Shown in pieces: positions 43,004 through 52,175 of a DNA stretch of 56,735 bases (the stretch's first letter is position 1; the number at the start of each line of letters is the position of its first letter). This DNA is from Candidatus Dormiibacterota bacterium. Its GTDB lineage: Bacteria; Chloroflexota; Dormibacteria; Dormibacterales; Dormibacteraceae. The notes beneath the pieces were generated by a model. The model had not been told where the DNA came from. It ran no database searches and saw only the letters and a list, made by a program, of their open reading frames with translations. The DNA is taken from positions 1 through 56,735 of the forward strand of contig DASYZS010000001.1 of the NCBI GenBank assembly GCA_035945895.1, read 5' to 3'. The position numbers and the translations under genes were made by a program.

Positions 43004-44047
43004 TCAGCGCACGGGCTCACGCGCACCGGTCGCGATGATGCCGGCGAGCACCAGCGCGATGATCCCGATGACGAACAGCGCGGCCGGCACGCCAGCCTCC
43101 GCCGCCACGGTGCCTGCTATGAGCGGTCCGAGGAAGAACCCGAACGCGACCGAGCTTGCGTTCAAGCCGAAGATCGTGCTCTGGGCTTCGTGCGGAGTCT
43201 CGAGTCCGATCATGCTCGCGGTCGCAGGGATCACCACGCCGCTGAAGAGCCCGTTCAGCCCGATCGCCGCCACGACGAAGGCAGGCACCGGAGCGATCCC
43301 CGCGATCCCGACTGCCACCGCGACCAGGGCCGCCGCCCCGGCGGCGGTGCGTACATAGCCGAGGCGTTTGGTCACGCGCGTGTAGCCGATCGCGGCGCCG
43401 CTGCTGGCGATGCCCGCGAGACCGAATCCCACACCGCTCAGCGCGGCCACGCCGCTCGTCATCATCTCGAGCAGGCGGAGCACGACGAGCTGCTGCGCGG
43501 CCGAGTTGCAGACGCTGATCAGTCCCTGCGAGCCGATGAGAACCGCCAGCGCTTTCCGCAAGCCGGGGGGCTGCTCGATCATCGCGAGCGTGCCAAGCCG
43601 TGGACCCGAACGCCGGGCCATCGGGCTCTCGCGCACGACCATGAGCACCGGGATGAGCGACAGCAGCAGCAAGATTCCGCCGCCGAGAAACACCAGTCGC
43701 AGCCCAAACAGCGAGCCGGCGAATCCACCGACGACCGGGCCGATGGCTCCTCCCAGCGCCACCGCCGACGTCACCACCCCCAGCGCCCAACCGACACGCG
43801 AGCGCGGCGTCTCCGCGGCCACCAGAGCAGTTGCCGCGGCCACGGTGCCGCTGGTCGCACCCTGAAGGAGCCTCAGGACGACGAGCTGGAGGGGATTCTG
43901 GGCAAAGAAGATCAAGCCGACCGTGATCGCTCCGCCCAGCATCGAGCGCAGCAGCATCGGCTTGCGCCCGTAACGGTCACCGAGGATGCCCCAGATCGGG
44001 CTGGCGATCGCCATCGACAGCCCCGACGAGCTCGCCGAGGCGGCCAC
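43004..44047 (-). CDS. MFS transporter (canonical-start model; coding signal continues upstream to about 44203-44236)
   Basis: The motif GDRYGRKPM follows the first helix of this model. An obvious TM1 (WRRNLVALWFAEFTAIFGFSFAFPFLSIFL) is encoded in frame upstream of the GTG at 44047, with no ATG/GTG/TTG before it. Confidence 0.75.
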   Translation of the reverse strand: MAASASSSGLSMAIASPIWGILGDRYGRKPMLLRSMLGGAITVGLIFFAQNPLQLVVLRLLQGATSGTVAAATALVAAETPRSRVGWALGVVTSAVALGGAIGPVVGGFAGSLFGLRLVFLGGGILLLLSLIPVLMVVRESPMARRSGPRLGTLAMIEQPPGLRKALAVLIGSQGLISVCNSAAQQLVVLRLLEMMTSGVAALSGVGFGLAGIASSGAAIGYTRVTKRLGYVRTAAGAAALVAVAVGIAGIAPVPAFVVAAIGLNGLFSGVVIPATASMIGLETPHEAQSTIFGLNASSVAFGFFLGPLIAGTVAAEAGVPAALFVIGIIALVLAGIIATGAREPVR

Positions 44048-44232
44048 CCAGAGGTCGAGGTCGTGGCCGGGATGGACTCCCAGGTCCTTGGTGAGGAAGA
44101 TCGAGAGAAACGGAAACGCGAAGCTGAAGCCGAAGATCGCGGTGAACTCCGCGAACCACAGGGCGACGAGGTTGCGTCGCCAGTCGACGCCGCCGGCGTT
44201 GATCGGAGGAGTGGTCGCCCGCGGGTCGGTCG

Positions 44233-46485
44233 CTATTTCGCGAGGATCTCGACGATGCGGTCGGAAGTGATCGGCAGGTGGTCGATCACGGCGTCGGGCT
44301 TGCGCTTGCGCAGCGCATCCTCGACCGCGTTGGCGATGGCCGCAGGCACCGGGATCGTCCCGCTTTCACCCGCGCCCTTGAACCCTTCCGGGTTGCTGTC
44401 GGTGGGCGTGTCGATGTGGATGAGCTCGGGCACCGACGCGACCTCGCCCGCGCTGACGATCGTGTAGTCGATGAACGTCGCCGTGCGAAAGCTGCCGTCG
44501 GAGTCATACATCGCGGACTCGTACAGCGCGTAGCCGAGCCCGTGAGCGTAGCCGCCGTGCATCTGGCCCTCGACGAGCTGCTCGTTGATGGGCTTGCCCG
44601 TGTCGTGGGCGATCACATAGCGGAGAACCTCGACCTGGCCGGTCTCGGGATCAACGGCGACCGCCGCCGCGTGGCAGCCGCTCGAAAACGTGAGCCCGCG
44701 GGCGGGGTCGAACGTCTCGAGGACCTCGAGGCCTTCGCGCGGCACGACGTCGGTGACCGGGATTCGCTTGGACGGCGCGCCTTTCACGCTGATCACGCCT
44801 TCTTCCATCAAGAGGTCGACTGGATCGGCCTCGAGGACCTCGCCCGCGCGTTCGAGGATCAGGCGCCGCATCGCGATCCCGGCCTTCGCGGTTGCGTTAC
44901 CGACCTGCACCGCGGTACGGCTGCCGGCGGTCAGCTCCGCGCTGGGCACGTGGCTGGTGTCGCCGGCGGTGACGGAGATCTTCTCGATGGGCCACCCGAG
45001 ACGATCGGCGGCGACCTGGGCGGCAATGGTCTGGTGTCCCTGGCCCCCCGGGGTCGAGCCGATCCACAGGTGGGCGGTTCCGTCCTGGTTGATGCGCAGG
45101 CGCGCGGGCTCGTCCCGGCCGAACGACGTGGATTCGACGCAGCACACGATGCCCACACCGACCAGCCGGCCGTCGTGGTCATCGAGCTTCGAGGCATCGC
45201 CGAGCCGGTTCACAACCAGGTCGAGAAGTCGCGGATAGTCGCCGCTGTCGTAGACGAGGCCGCGCCGGCCCGCGGGAAAGTTCGTCTTGTATGGGATCTG
45301 GTCGGGAGAGATCATGTTGCGCCGTCGAAGCTGGACGCGGTCGAAGTTGAGCGCCAGGGCGAGGCGGTCCATCAAGCGTTCGATCGCGTAGTTGCCGAGC
45401 GGCCGTCCGCCGCCGCGGATGAATCCCGTGGGCACCGTGTTCGTGTAGACGATCTGCGCCTCGATGTTCATCGCCGGCAGCACATAGGCGGACATCATGT
45501 GCATGACGATGAGGTCTGGCTGACCGGCGCCTGATCCGGAATAGGCGCCGAGGTCGTGCACCAGACGGCCGCGCAGTCCGCGAAGCTTGCCCTCGCGGTC
45601 GGAGGCGATCTCCAGCTCGATGACGCTTCCGTGCGCCTGCGCCGTTGTCGCGCCGTCCTCGCTTCTCGACGCCACCCAGCTCGCGGGTCTATTCAGGTGC
45701 CGCGCCACGGCCGCGGTCAGGACCTCCTCCGGGTACACCATGCCTTTGGCGCCGAACCCGCCGCCCACGTCCTCGGCCAGAACACGCACGTTTTCTTCTT
45801 TCAGTCCGAGCGCTTCGCTGATCGCTTCACGCACTCCGAAGATGTTCTGGGTCGAGGTCCAGACCTTCAGGCCATCTCCGTCGGGCGCGGCGGTCACGGC
45901 GCGCGGCTCCATCGCGGCGCCCGCAATGCGAGAGGTGGTCAGATGGATCTTGGCGGTCACGCTGTCGCCGGCGAAAGCGGTGTCGATGTCGCCCCATGCC
46001 GTCGTGTGCCTGCGGGCAAAGTTGTCATCAGTGTCGTCGTGGACTTTCGGAGCGTCCTCTGCCGCCGCCACGCTCGTGTCGCCGACCGACGGAAGAGGAT
46101 CGAGGTCGCCGACTACCTGGTCGGCCGCGTCCCTGGCCTGGTACTCGGTCTCGGCGACGACCACAGCGAATGCCTCGCCGACGTAGTTCACCTCATCGCG
46201 GTTGAGGACTTTGCGTGGACGCGCGACGAGGTCTTCCGGACCCCACGAGGTGAGCTCAAACGCGGCCTCGCTCAGGTCGTCGGCGGTCCACACTGCGATG
46301 ACGCCGGGCATCTGTTTGGCCTGGCTCAGGTCGACCGCGAGGATACGAGCGTGGGGCAGCGGCGAACGCGCAAACGCGACGTGGACGAGACCTTCGAGCT
46401 TGATGTCTCCTGCGTAGCGTCCGGTGCCGGTTATGAGTCGCTCGTCCTCGACGCGGCGCATGCGCCGGCCGATGTATGGAGCCAT
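44233..46485 (-). CDS. molybdopterin-binding large subunit of the xanthine dehydrogenase/aldehyde oxidase/CoxL family
   Basis: Start ATG 46485 (AGGTG RBS). N-terminus RRVEDERLITGTGRYAGD. About 750 aa. Confidence 0.9.
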   Translation of the reverse strand: MAPYIGRRMRRVEDERLITGTGRYAGDIKLEGLVHVAFARSPLPHARILAVDLSQAKQMPGVIAVWTADDLSEAAFELTSWGPEDLVARPRKVLNRDEVNYVGEAFAVVVAETEYQARDAADQVVGDLDPLPSVGDTSVAAAEDAPKVHDDTDDNFARRHTTAWGDIDTAFAGDSVTAKIHLTTSRIAGAAMEPRAVTAAPDGDGLKVWTSTQNIFGVREAISEALGLKEENVRVLAEDVGGGFGAKGMVYPEEVLTAAVARHLNRPASWVASRSEDGATTAQAHGSVIELEIASDREGKLRGLRGRLVHDLGAYSGSGAGQPDLIVMHMMSAYVLPAMNIEAQIVYTNTVPTGFIRGGGRPLGNYAIERLMDRLALALNFDRVQLRRRNMISPDQIPYKTNFPAGRRGLVYDSGDYPRLLDLVVNRLGDASKLDDHDGRLVGVGIVCCVESTSFGRDEPARLRINQDGTAHLWIGSTPGGQGHQTIAAQVAADRLGWPIEKISVTAGDTSHVPSAELTAGSRTAVQVGNATAKAGIAMRRLILERAGEVLEADPVDLLMEEGVISVKGAPSKRIPVTDVVPREGLEVLETFDPARGLTFSSGCHAAAVAVDPETGQVEVLRYVIAHDTGKPINEQLVEGQMHGGYAHGLGYALYESAMYDSDGSFRTATFIDYTIVSAGEVASVPELIHIDTPTDSNPEGFKGAGESGTIPVPAAIANAVEDALRKRKPDAVIDHLPITSDRIVEILAK

Positions 46486-46545
46486 CACACCTACAATAAT
46501 TTGTCCATCGCGCCCCGCTGTCGCCGGGGGCCCCAACAAGGACGG

Positions 46546-46621
46546 GGGCGGCTAGCTCAGCTGGAAGAGCGCCAGCTTGACATGCTGGAGGTCGGGGGTT
46601 CGAGACCCTCGCCGCCCACCA
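46546..46621 (+). tRNA. tRNA-Val (anticodon GAC), CCA encoded
   Basis: Hand-folded cloverleaf: acceptor GGGCGGC/GCCGCCC, D stem GCTC/GAGC, anticodon stem CCAGC/GCTGG with loop TTGACAT, T arm GGGGG-TTCGAGA-CCCTC. Confidence 0.9.
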
Positions 46622-46663
46622 CTCGGGTTGCGCGACTCAGTTGGTCGGCAATAATCGATGCGC

Positions 46664-46741
46664 GGCCCGGTCGTCTAGTTGGTCCAGGACGCCACCCTTT
46701 CAAGGTGGAGATCAGGGGTTCGAATCCCCTCCGGGCTACCA
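46664..46741 (+). tRNA. tRNA-Glu (anticodon TTC), CCA encoded
   Basis: Acceptor GGCCCGG/CCGGGCT (G1-U72 wobble), anticodon stem CCACC/GGTGG with loop CTTTCAA, T arm AGGGG-TTCGAAT-CCCCT. Confidence 0.85.
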
Positions 46742-46754
46742 GAATCTGGCCCAA

Positions 46755-46828
46755 GCGGGCGTAGCACAATGGTAGTGCGCCAGCCTTCCAAGCTGGTTAC
46801 GTGGGTTCGATTCCCATCGCCCGCTCCA
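46755..46828 (+). tRNA. tRNA-Gly (anticodon TCC), CCA encoded
   Basis: Acceptor GCGGGCG/CGCCCGC, D stem GCAC/GTGC, anticodon stem CCAGC/GCTGG with loop CTTCCAA, T arm GTGGG-TTCGATT-CCCAT, discriminator T. Confidence 0.9.
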
Positions 46829-46832
46829 CACT

Positions 46833-47288
46833 TTGCGCGTGCTGATTCCGAAGCCACCTGCGGTCGGTGATACAGGCGTCGTGCAGGAGCTCCGATCGGT
46901 GGTCATCAGCGACTCGCTCTTGGGCGGTGCGAGTGCGCGGCCAAAGGGCTTCGTGAGGGCGCAGTGGTTCCTGGTCGTCGCGTGGGCAGGGCCATGGCTC
47001 GGTCGTCGAGCGACCTACCCATTGCCAGCCACTCCCATCTACGTTGCGGTGACGTCGAGCGATCTTCGCCTGTTCTCGAAATCGCTTGGGCTGCCGCCTT
47101 ATGAAATCGGCCGATGGCCCAACAGAACCTATCGCGCATCTTTGTCCGAGTCGCGGAGGCGCCTGAAGCTCGATCTGGACCTCAGGGGTTTGGGCCGGGT
47201 CACGCTGAGCCGCGGGCCACTGTTTGAGAAACCCGCGCGCCCCGTGTTCGATCTCGTCGTCCAGAACGCGGCTGGACCGGTCGGCTAG
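46833..47288 (+). CDS. hypothetical protein
   Basis: 151-aa ORF beginning 5 nt after the tRNA. GC3 is lower than in its neighbours and the start is uncertain. 4-nt convergent overlap with the ALDH gene. Confidence 0.35.
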   Translation: MRVLIPKPPAVGDTGVVQELRSVVISDSLLGGASARPKGFVRAQWFLVVAWAGPWLGRRATYPLPATPIYVAVTSSDLRLFSKSLGLPPYEIGRWPNRTYRASLSESRRRLKLDLDLRGLGRVTLSRGPLFEKPARPVFDLVVQNAAGPVG

Positions 47289-48691
47289 GAAGTCGACAGG
47301 AACACGTTCTTCAACTCCGTGTAGTGGTCGAGCGCATTTGGGCCGAGCTCACGCCCGATGCCCGACTGCTTGAATCCTCCAAACGGGGTCGTCACGCGAA
47401 CCGACGTGTTCGAGTTGATCGAGATCGTCCCGGTCTCCAACGCTCGCGAGACGCGCATGGCTCGGCCGGCATTCGACGTCCACACGGAACCGGACAACCC
47501 GTAGATCGTGTCGTTGGCTATCCGGATCGCATCGGCCTCGTCACTGAAAGGGATAACCGCAACGACTGGACCGAATATCTCCTCGCGCGCCGCGCGGTCC
47601 GACGGCGAGACTGGCGACAGCACCGTCGGCGGGAACCAATAGCCGGGCCCTGAAGGAGCATGCCCGCGGATCGCGACTTGCGCCCCGTCCTCCAGATAGG
47701 ACGCGACCTTCGCGCGATGCTCGGCAGAGATCAGCGGACCCATCTCGGTCTTGTCATCCAGCGGGTCGCCGACGCGCAACGCGAGCACCGACCTCTCGAG
47801 GGCGGCCATGAATCGATCGACCGCCGACCGCTCCACGAGGATCCGCGACCGAGCGCAGCAATCCTGCCCGGCGTTGCCAAACACCGCCAGCGGCGCCGAC
47901 GCCGCGGCCCTCTCGATGTCCGCGTCCGCGAAGACGATGTTCGCCGACTTGCCGCCCAGCTCCAGCGTTACGCGCTTGACCGACTCGGCGGCCAGAGCGC
48001 CGATGCGTCGACCAACCTCGGTCGAACCGGTGAAGGCGATCTTCGCCACGTCCGGATGCTGCACGAGCCTTTCCCCGACCACGCGGCCGCTGCCGGCGAC
48101 GACGTTGAAAACTCCGGGCGGAATTCCGGACTCAAGCGCAATTTTCTCCAGGCCCAAGGCGGTCAGCGGCGTCAGCGCCGCGGGCTTGAGCACGACCGTG
48201 TTGCCAGCCGCGAGCGCCGGCCCGAGCTTCCAGGACGAGATTGCGATGGGAAAGTTCCAGGGCACGATCAGACCGACGACACCAAGCGGCTCGCGAAACG
48301 TCATGTCGACGCCGCCGGCGACCGGGACCGTGCTGCCAAGCAAGCGCTCGGGCGCCCCGGCGTAGTAATTGAAGACGTCGACGACCATCCCGACCTCGCC
48401 CCGAGCATCCGAAATAGGCTTGCCGACGTTCCGGGCCTCGATCTCGGCCAGCTTCGACGCCGACGATTCGACGGCCGAGGCCAGCCGGCGCAGCAGCATC
48501 GCGCGGTCGTGGGGTGTCACCGCGCGCCAGGCGGGGAAGGCCCCCTTCGCCCGCGCCACGGCCCTGTCGAGATCCTCGACAGGGGCCTCGGGCACGTCCT
48601 CCAGCAATTTTTCGGTGGCCGGCTCGATGACCTTCAAAGCTGGCAAAACAATACTCACACCCGAATCCAAGCTCGCTTTGAGGTTCTCCAC
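47285..48691 (-). CDS. NAD(P)-dependent aldehyde dehydrogenase
   Basis: VPWNFP, ELGGKS, catalytic-Cys context GQDCCARS, and EEIFGP. Confidence 0.9.
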   Translation of the reverse strand: MENLKASLDSGVSIVLPALKVIEPATEKLLEDVPEAPVEDLDRAVARAKGAFPAWRAVTPHDRAMLLRRLASAVESSASKLAEIEARNVGKPISDARGEVGMVVDVFNYYAGAPERLLGSTVPVAGGVDMTFREPLGVVGLIVPWNFPIAISSWKLGPALAAGNTVVLKPAALTPLTALGLEKIALESGIPPGVFNVVAGSGRVVGERLVQHPDVAKIAFTGSTEVGRRIGALAAESVKRVTLELGGKSANIVFADADIERAAASAPLAVFGNAGQDCCARSRILVERSAVDRFMAALERSVLALRVGDPLDDKTEMGPLISAEHRAKVASYLEDGAQVAIRGHAPSGPGYWFPPTVLSPVSPSDRAAREEIFGPVVAVIPFSDEADAIRIANDTIYGLSGSVWTSNAGRAMRVSRALETGTISINSNTSVRVTTPFGGFKQSGIGRELGPNALDHYTELKNVFLSTS

Positions 48692-48705
48692 GGACTATCC
48701 GCGGC

Positions 48706-49083
48706 ATGAGCAAGACTCGCGTCCTTCTTTTCGCGTCCGTCGTCGCGGCGGCGCTCGTGTTCGGCGGGGTGATCGGAGCGGCCGCCGCCAGCGGCGCGCT
48801 GTCTGCCGGAGTGGCGCCACTCGCTGCGCTCGCCGCATCTTCGCCCAGCCCGTCACCGCACTCCAACGAAAGCGTGAGCCACGAAGCCGGCGAGAGCGCT
48901 GCCCAGGAACAGGCCGAGAACAACGGAACGTTCCACCCAGGCGGACCTGGCGGCCCGGGCGGTCATCCCTGCGGCGGCCACTCGAACGAGGCATCGGCGC
49001 ACGAGACAGGCGAGTCGGCAGCGGTCGAGGCGGCCGAGAATGCGGCCTGTCCGTCGCCCCCAGCGAGTCCAGCGACTCACTGA
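48706..49083 (+). CDS. small secreted protein with an internal duplicated His/Glu-rich motif
   Basis: Signal peptide MSKTRVLLFASVVAAALVFGGVIG. HSNESVSHEAGESAAQEQAEN (48859-48921) is repeated as HSNEASAHETGESAAVEAAEN (48979-49041). Confidence 0.5.
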   Translation: MSKTRVLLFASVVAAALVFGGVIGAAAASGALSAGVAPLAALAASSPSPSPHSNESVSHEAGESAAQEQAENNGTFHPGGPGGPGGHPCGGHSNEASAHETGESAAVEAAENAACPSPPASPATH

Positions 49084-49108
49084 TCGGTAGCGGGTAAGCT
49101 CGGCCATC

Positions 49109-49714
49109 GTGGCCGAGCAAACCCGCGTCTACATCGAGACCGGCGACAAGCGCACCTTTGCGAGTGCCGCGGACTGGCCGGGTTGGTCCCGCTCCGGCAA
49201 AGATGAAAAGTCGGCCATCGAGAATCTCGCGGCCTACGGGCCCCGCTACACCAGGATCGCCAAGCTCGCGCGACTGGAGTTTCCCAAAGCAACCAGGTTC
49301 ACCGTCGTCGAGCGCGTGAAGGGCAACGCCACGACTGATTTCGGGGCGCCCGGAGTTCCCACGAAGGACGAATCGAAACCGAAGGCGGCCGCCGAGCAAA
49401 AACGCATGCTCGACCTGCTGCAGGCAAGCTGGAAATACCTCGACCAGGTGCGATCTAAGGTCCCGCAGGAACTGCGGAAGGGCCCTCGCGGCGGTGGCCG
49501 CGACCGGGACAAGATGTACGCCCACGTCGTCGACGCGGAGATCGGCTACGCGCCCGCGATCGGCCTGCGCATGAAAGTTCACGACCGCAAAGCGCTGCTC
49601 GAGGCGCTGCGCAACCCCGCGAAGGACGCGAAGTGGCCCGCGCCGTATGCGGTGCGCCGCATCGCGTGGCACGCCCTCGACCACGCATGGGAGATGGAAG
49701 ACCGAATACCCTGA
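49109..49714 (+). CDS. hypothetical protein (C-terminal His motif WHALDHAWEMEDR, DinB-like)
   Basis: 201 aa, GTG start, coding-like composition. The opposite-strand 370-aa ORF is Arg-rich shadow. Confidence 0.5.
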   Translation: MAEQTRVYIETGDKRTFASAADWPGWSRSGKDEKSAIENLAAYGPRYTRIAKLARLEFPKATRFTVVERVKGNATTDFGAPGVPTKDESKPKAAAEQKRMLDLLQASWKYLDQVRSKVPQELRKGPRGGGRDRDKMYAHVVDAEIGYAPAIGLRMKVHDRKALLEALRNPAKDAKWPAPYAVRRIAWHALDHAWEMEDRIP

Positions 49715-49720
49715 CAGACA

Positions 49721-50479
49721 ATGGATGAGCAGAAGGGAGGCCTGCTCGTCGTGATGGCACATCCCGACGATGAATCCATGGGCACAGGCGGGCTGATACT
49801 CCGCCACACGCGCAACGACGTCACGACCAATCTGATCTGCGCGACGGGCGGCGAGAAAGGCTGGATGGGCAGGCCCCCGGGGGCGTATCCGGGCGAACTG
49901 CCCGCCATCCGCGTCAGGGAGCTGAGGGACGCCGCAGAGGCGCTCGGCCTCGCCGCGGTCGAGTTGTGGGACTACCCCGACGGCGGGGTGAAGGAATCAG
50001 ACCAGCAGGAGATCACGCAGCGAGTGTGGGAGCACATCCTGAAGCTGCGACCCCGCGCGGTCGTCGGCTGGGGAGAGGACGGCGCCTATGGGCATCCCGA
50101 TCACATCGCCATGGGCGCGTGCACCGACGCCGCGGTCGCGGCGATGACCGAAGGCGATCGTCCCGGTCTGTACCACATCGCCATCGACCAGACCGCGGCC
50201 GACCTTTATGACGAGGTCATTCGCGTCACCGGCGACCACAAGTCGATGACACTGCGGCCGAAAGACCAGGTCGACATCGTGATGAACCTCGATCCCGACG
50301 AGGTGATCATGAAGCTGCGCGCCATCGACTGCCATCGGAGCCAGCTCGAGGATTGGCGCATCGCGCTGCTCGAGCATCCGGGGCTGATGCAGCGGTTCTA
50401 TGGACACGAACCCTACGTAACGGTTTCTTCTCGCTCGACCGGTCTCACGGGGACCGGCCTGTTGGGTGAGTTCGCCTGA
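49721..50479 (+). CDS. PIG-L/LmbE-family N-acetylglucosaminyl deacetylase
   Basis: AHPDDES and HPDH zinc-ligand motifs. Confidence 0.85.
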   Translation: MDEQKGGLLVVMAHPDDESMGTGGLILRHTRNDVTTNLICATGGEKGWMGRPPGAYPGELPAIRVRELRDAAEALGLAAVELWDYPDGGVKESDQQEITQRVWEHILKLRPRAVVGWGEDGAYGHPDHIAMGACTDAAVAAMTEGDRPGLYHIAIDQTAADLYDEVIRVTGDHKSMTLRPKDQVDIVMNLDPDEVIMKLRAIDCHRSQLEDWRIALLEHPGLMQRFYGHEPYVTVSSRSTGLTGTGLLGEFA

Positions 50480-50526
50480 GCGCCTACTCGAGAACGGTCC
50501 GGGGAATCATCGAGTACCTCGAGCCC

Positions 50527-51654
50527 GTGCTGACACACGTCAACGACCTGGCTCTGGAACGCCTCGCGACCCAGCCCGACGCATGCGATTTTCGCTTCGG
50601 CAACCCGCAGGAGATGCCGCTCCCCGAGATTCAAAGAGCAATCTCGAAATGGGCCGAGCCGAAAAACAAGGATTGGTTCGCCTACAAGTTCAGCGACCAG
50701 CAGGCGTTGAAGGTCGCCGCGGAGACGGCGGGCAGGCGCATCGGGATGGACCTCGACCCTAAAGACGTCACCATGACGACCGGTGCGTTCGGTGCGCTCG
50801 CCGCGACGCTGAGGGCGGTCGTCGATCCGGGCGACGAGGTCATCTACCTCTCGCCGCCATGGTTCTTCTACGTACCGATGATCCTGTCCCTCGGCGCCAA
50901 GCCGGTGCGCGTCGATCTAACCCCGCCGCAGTTCGAGCTGCCGGTGGACGCGATCGAGTGGCACATCACGCCAGAAACACGCGCCATCATCGTCAACAGT
51001 CCGCACAACCCGAGCGGACGTGTCTTCACGCCCGACGAGCTTGAGCGCTTGACGCACGTCCTCGAGGCCTCGCACCGCACGATCTATCTCATCTCGGACG
51101 AGTCGTACTCGCGAATCCTGTACGACGGACGTGATTTCGATTCACCGCTGCGTTTCTATGACCGCTCGTTTCTGGTCTACACGTACGGCAAGACGCTGCT
51201 CACGCCCGGCCAGCGCATGGGCTACGTCGCGATGCCGCCAACGATGCCGGACCGCGAGGAGCTGCGCGAGGCTCTATTCGCTTCGCAGATGGCGATCGGT
51301 TACGCGTTTCCCAACGCCGTCATGCAGTACGCCATCCGTGACCTGGAGCAAGCGATCATCGACGTGCCTGCGATGCAGCACCGCCGGGATGTGGTCGTGA
51401 GAGCGTTGACCGAGATGGGCTACGAGGCAGTAACCCCCGAGGGCACTTTCTATGTGATGGTGCGGTCACCGCTGGCCGACGACCTGCAATTTGTGCAGCG
51501 GCTCGCGCAGCAAAACGTCTTCGTGCTCCCTGGGCGCATGTTCGAATTGCCAGGATGGTTTCGCATCTCGCTCACTGCAAACGATTCGATGGTCGAGCGC
51601 GCTCTCCCGGGATTCGAACGCGCAATCGAGTCAGCGCGCTTAAGCAAGGTTTGA
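50527..51654 (+). CDS. class I/II PLP-dependent aminotransferase
   Basis: NSPHNPSG, and the PLP-lysine context YTYGKT. Confidence 0.8.
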   Translation: MLTHVNDLALERLATQPDACDFRFGNPQEMPLPEIQRAISKWAEPKNKDWFAYKFSDQQALKVAAETAGRRIGMDLDPKDVTMTTGAFGALAATLRAVVDPGDEVIYLSPPWFFYVPMILSLGAKPVRVDLTPPQFELPVDAIEWHITPETRAIIVNSPHNPSGRVFTPDELERLTHVLEASHRTIYLISDESYSRILYDGRDFDSPLRFYDRSFLVYTYGKTLLTPGQRMGYVAMPPTMPDREELREALFASQMAIGYAFPNAVMQYAIRDLEQAIIDVPAMQHRRDVVVRALTEMGYEAVTPEGTFYVMVRSPLADDLQFVQRLAQQNVFVLPGRMFELPGWFRISLTANDSMVERALPGFERAIESARLSKV

Positions 51655-51767
51655 TTGCCAGGCGATGTCTACGCATGCGGCTCGACAATCGCAGCCGCAA
51701 AGGACTACCCTTTAGCGCCTGATTCCGGGGGTGCCGGGGTCACAAATTCCAAGTCGGGGGTATCCGC

Positions 51768-52175
51768 ATGGATGTTCAGGAGGCGGTAGCGGAGGGTCAA
51801 GCGACCGCAGACAACGGCGAAGTCAAACGTGATGGTCGCAAGCAGTTTTCGATGGGCCCCGGGGACATTCTCGAGGGCAAGCTGATCTACGACGGCTCGA
51901 TCCACGCAGACGGCAGGGTCGAGGGCGAGGTACGCGTGACCGGGAACATCGACGTCGCCTCGGGTGGGAACGTTCGGGCGTTGCTCGAAGGCTCCAACGT
52001 GACGGTGAAGGGACAGGTCGAGGGCGCGGTCACGGCTCGCGACAAGCTGACCCTTGGAAGGAACGCGCGCCTTCAGGGCGACGTGCAGGTCAAGCGCCTG
52101 CAGATCGATGACGGCGCGACCCTGAACGGCCACGTGCGGATGGGCGACTTTGAGCACCAGGCGTCCGGCCAGTAG
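51768..52175 (+). CDS. bactofilin
   Basis: 135 aa with the DUF583 repeat pattern. Close paralogue of 12253-12624 (…VTARDKLTLGRNARLQGDVQVKRLQIDDGATLNGHV). Confidence 0.9.
   Translation: MDVQEAVAEGQATADNGEVKRDGRKQFSMGPGDILEGKLIYDGSIHADGRVEGEVRVTGNIDVASGGNVRALLEGSNVTVKGQVEGAVTARDKLTLGRNARLQGDVQVKRLQIDDGATLNGHVRMGDFEHQASGQ

Noticed and set aside
46486-46545. Promoter for the tRNA cluster or the molybdoenzyme gene in the AT-richer spacer
   Set aside because: A TTGTCC is present but I could not pair it with a convincing -10 at proper spacing on either strand, so it is left unannotated.
46546-49714. Genomic island integrated at the tRNA cluster
   Set aside because: There is no integrase, transposase, phage or plasmid gene and no att-like repeat. 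The content is ordinary metabolic and hypothetical genes.
48695-49807. 370-aa minus-strand ORF
   Set aside because: It is antisense to two + strand genes that have a signal peptide and coding-like composition. The product is Arg-rich.
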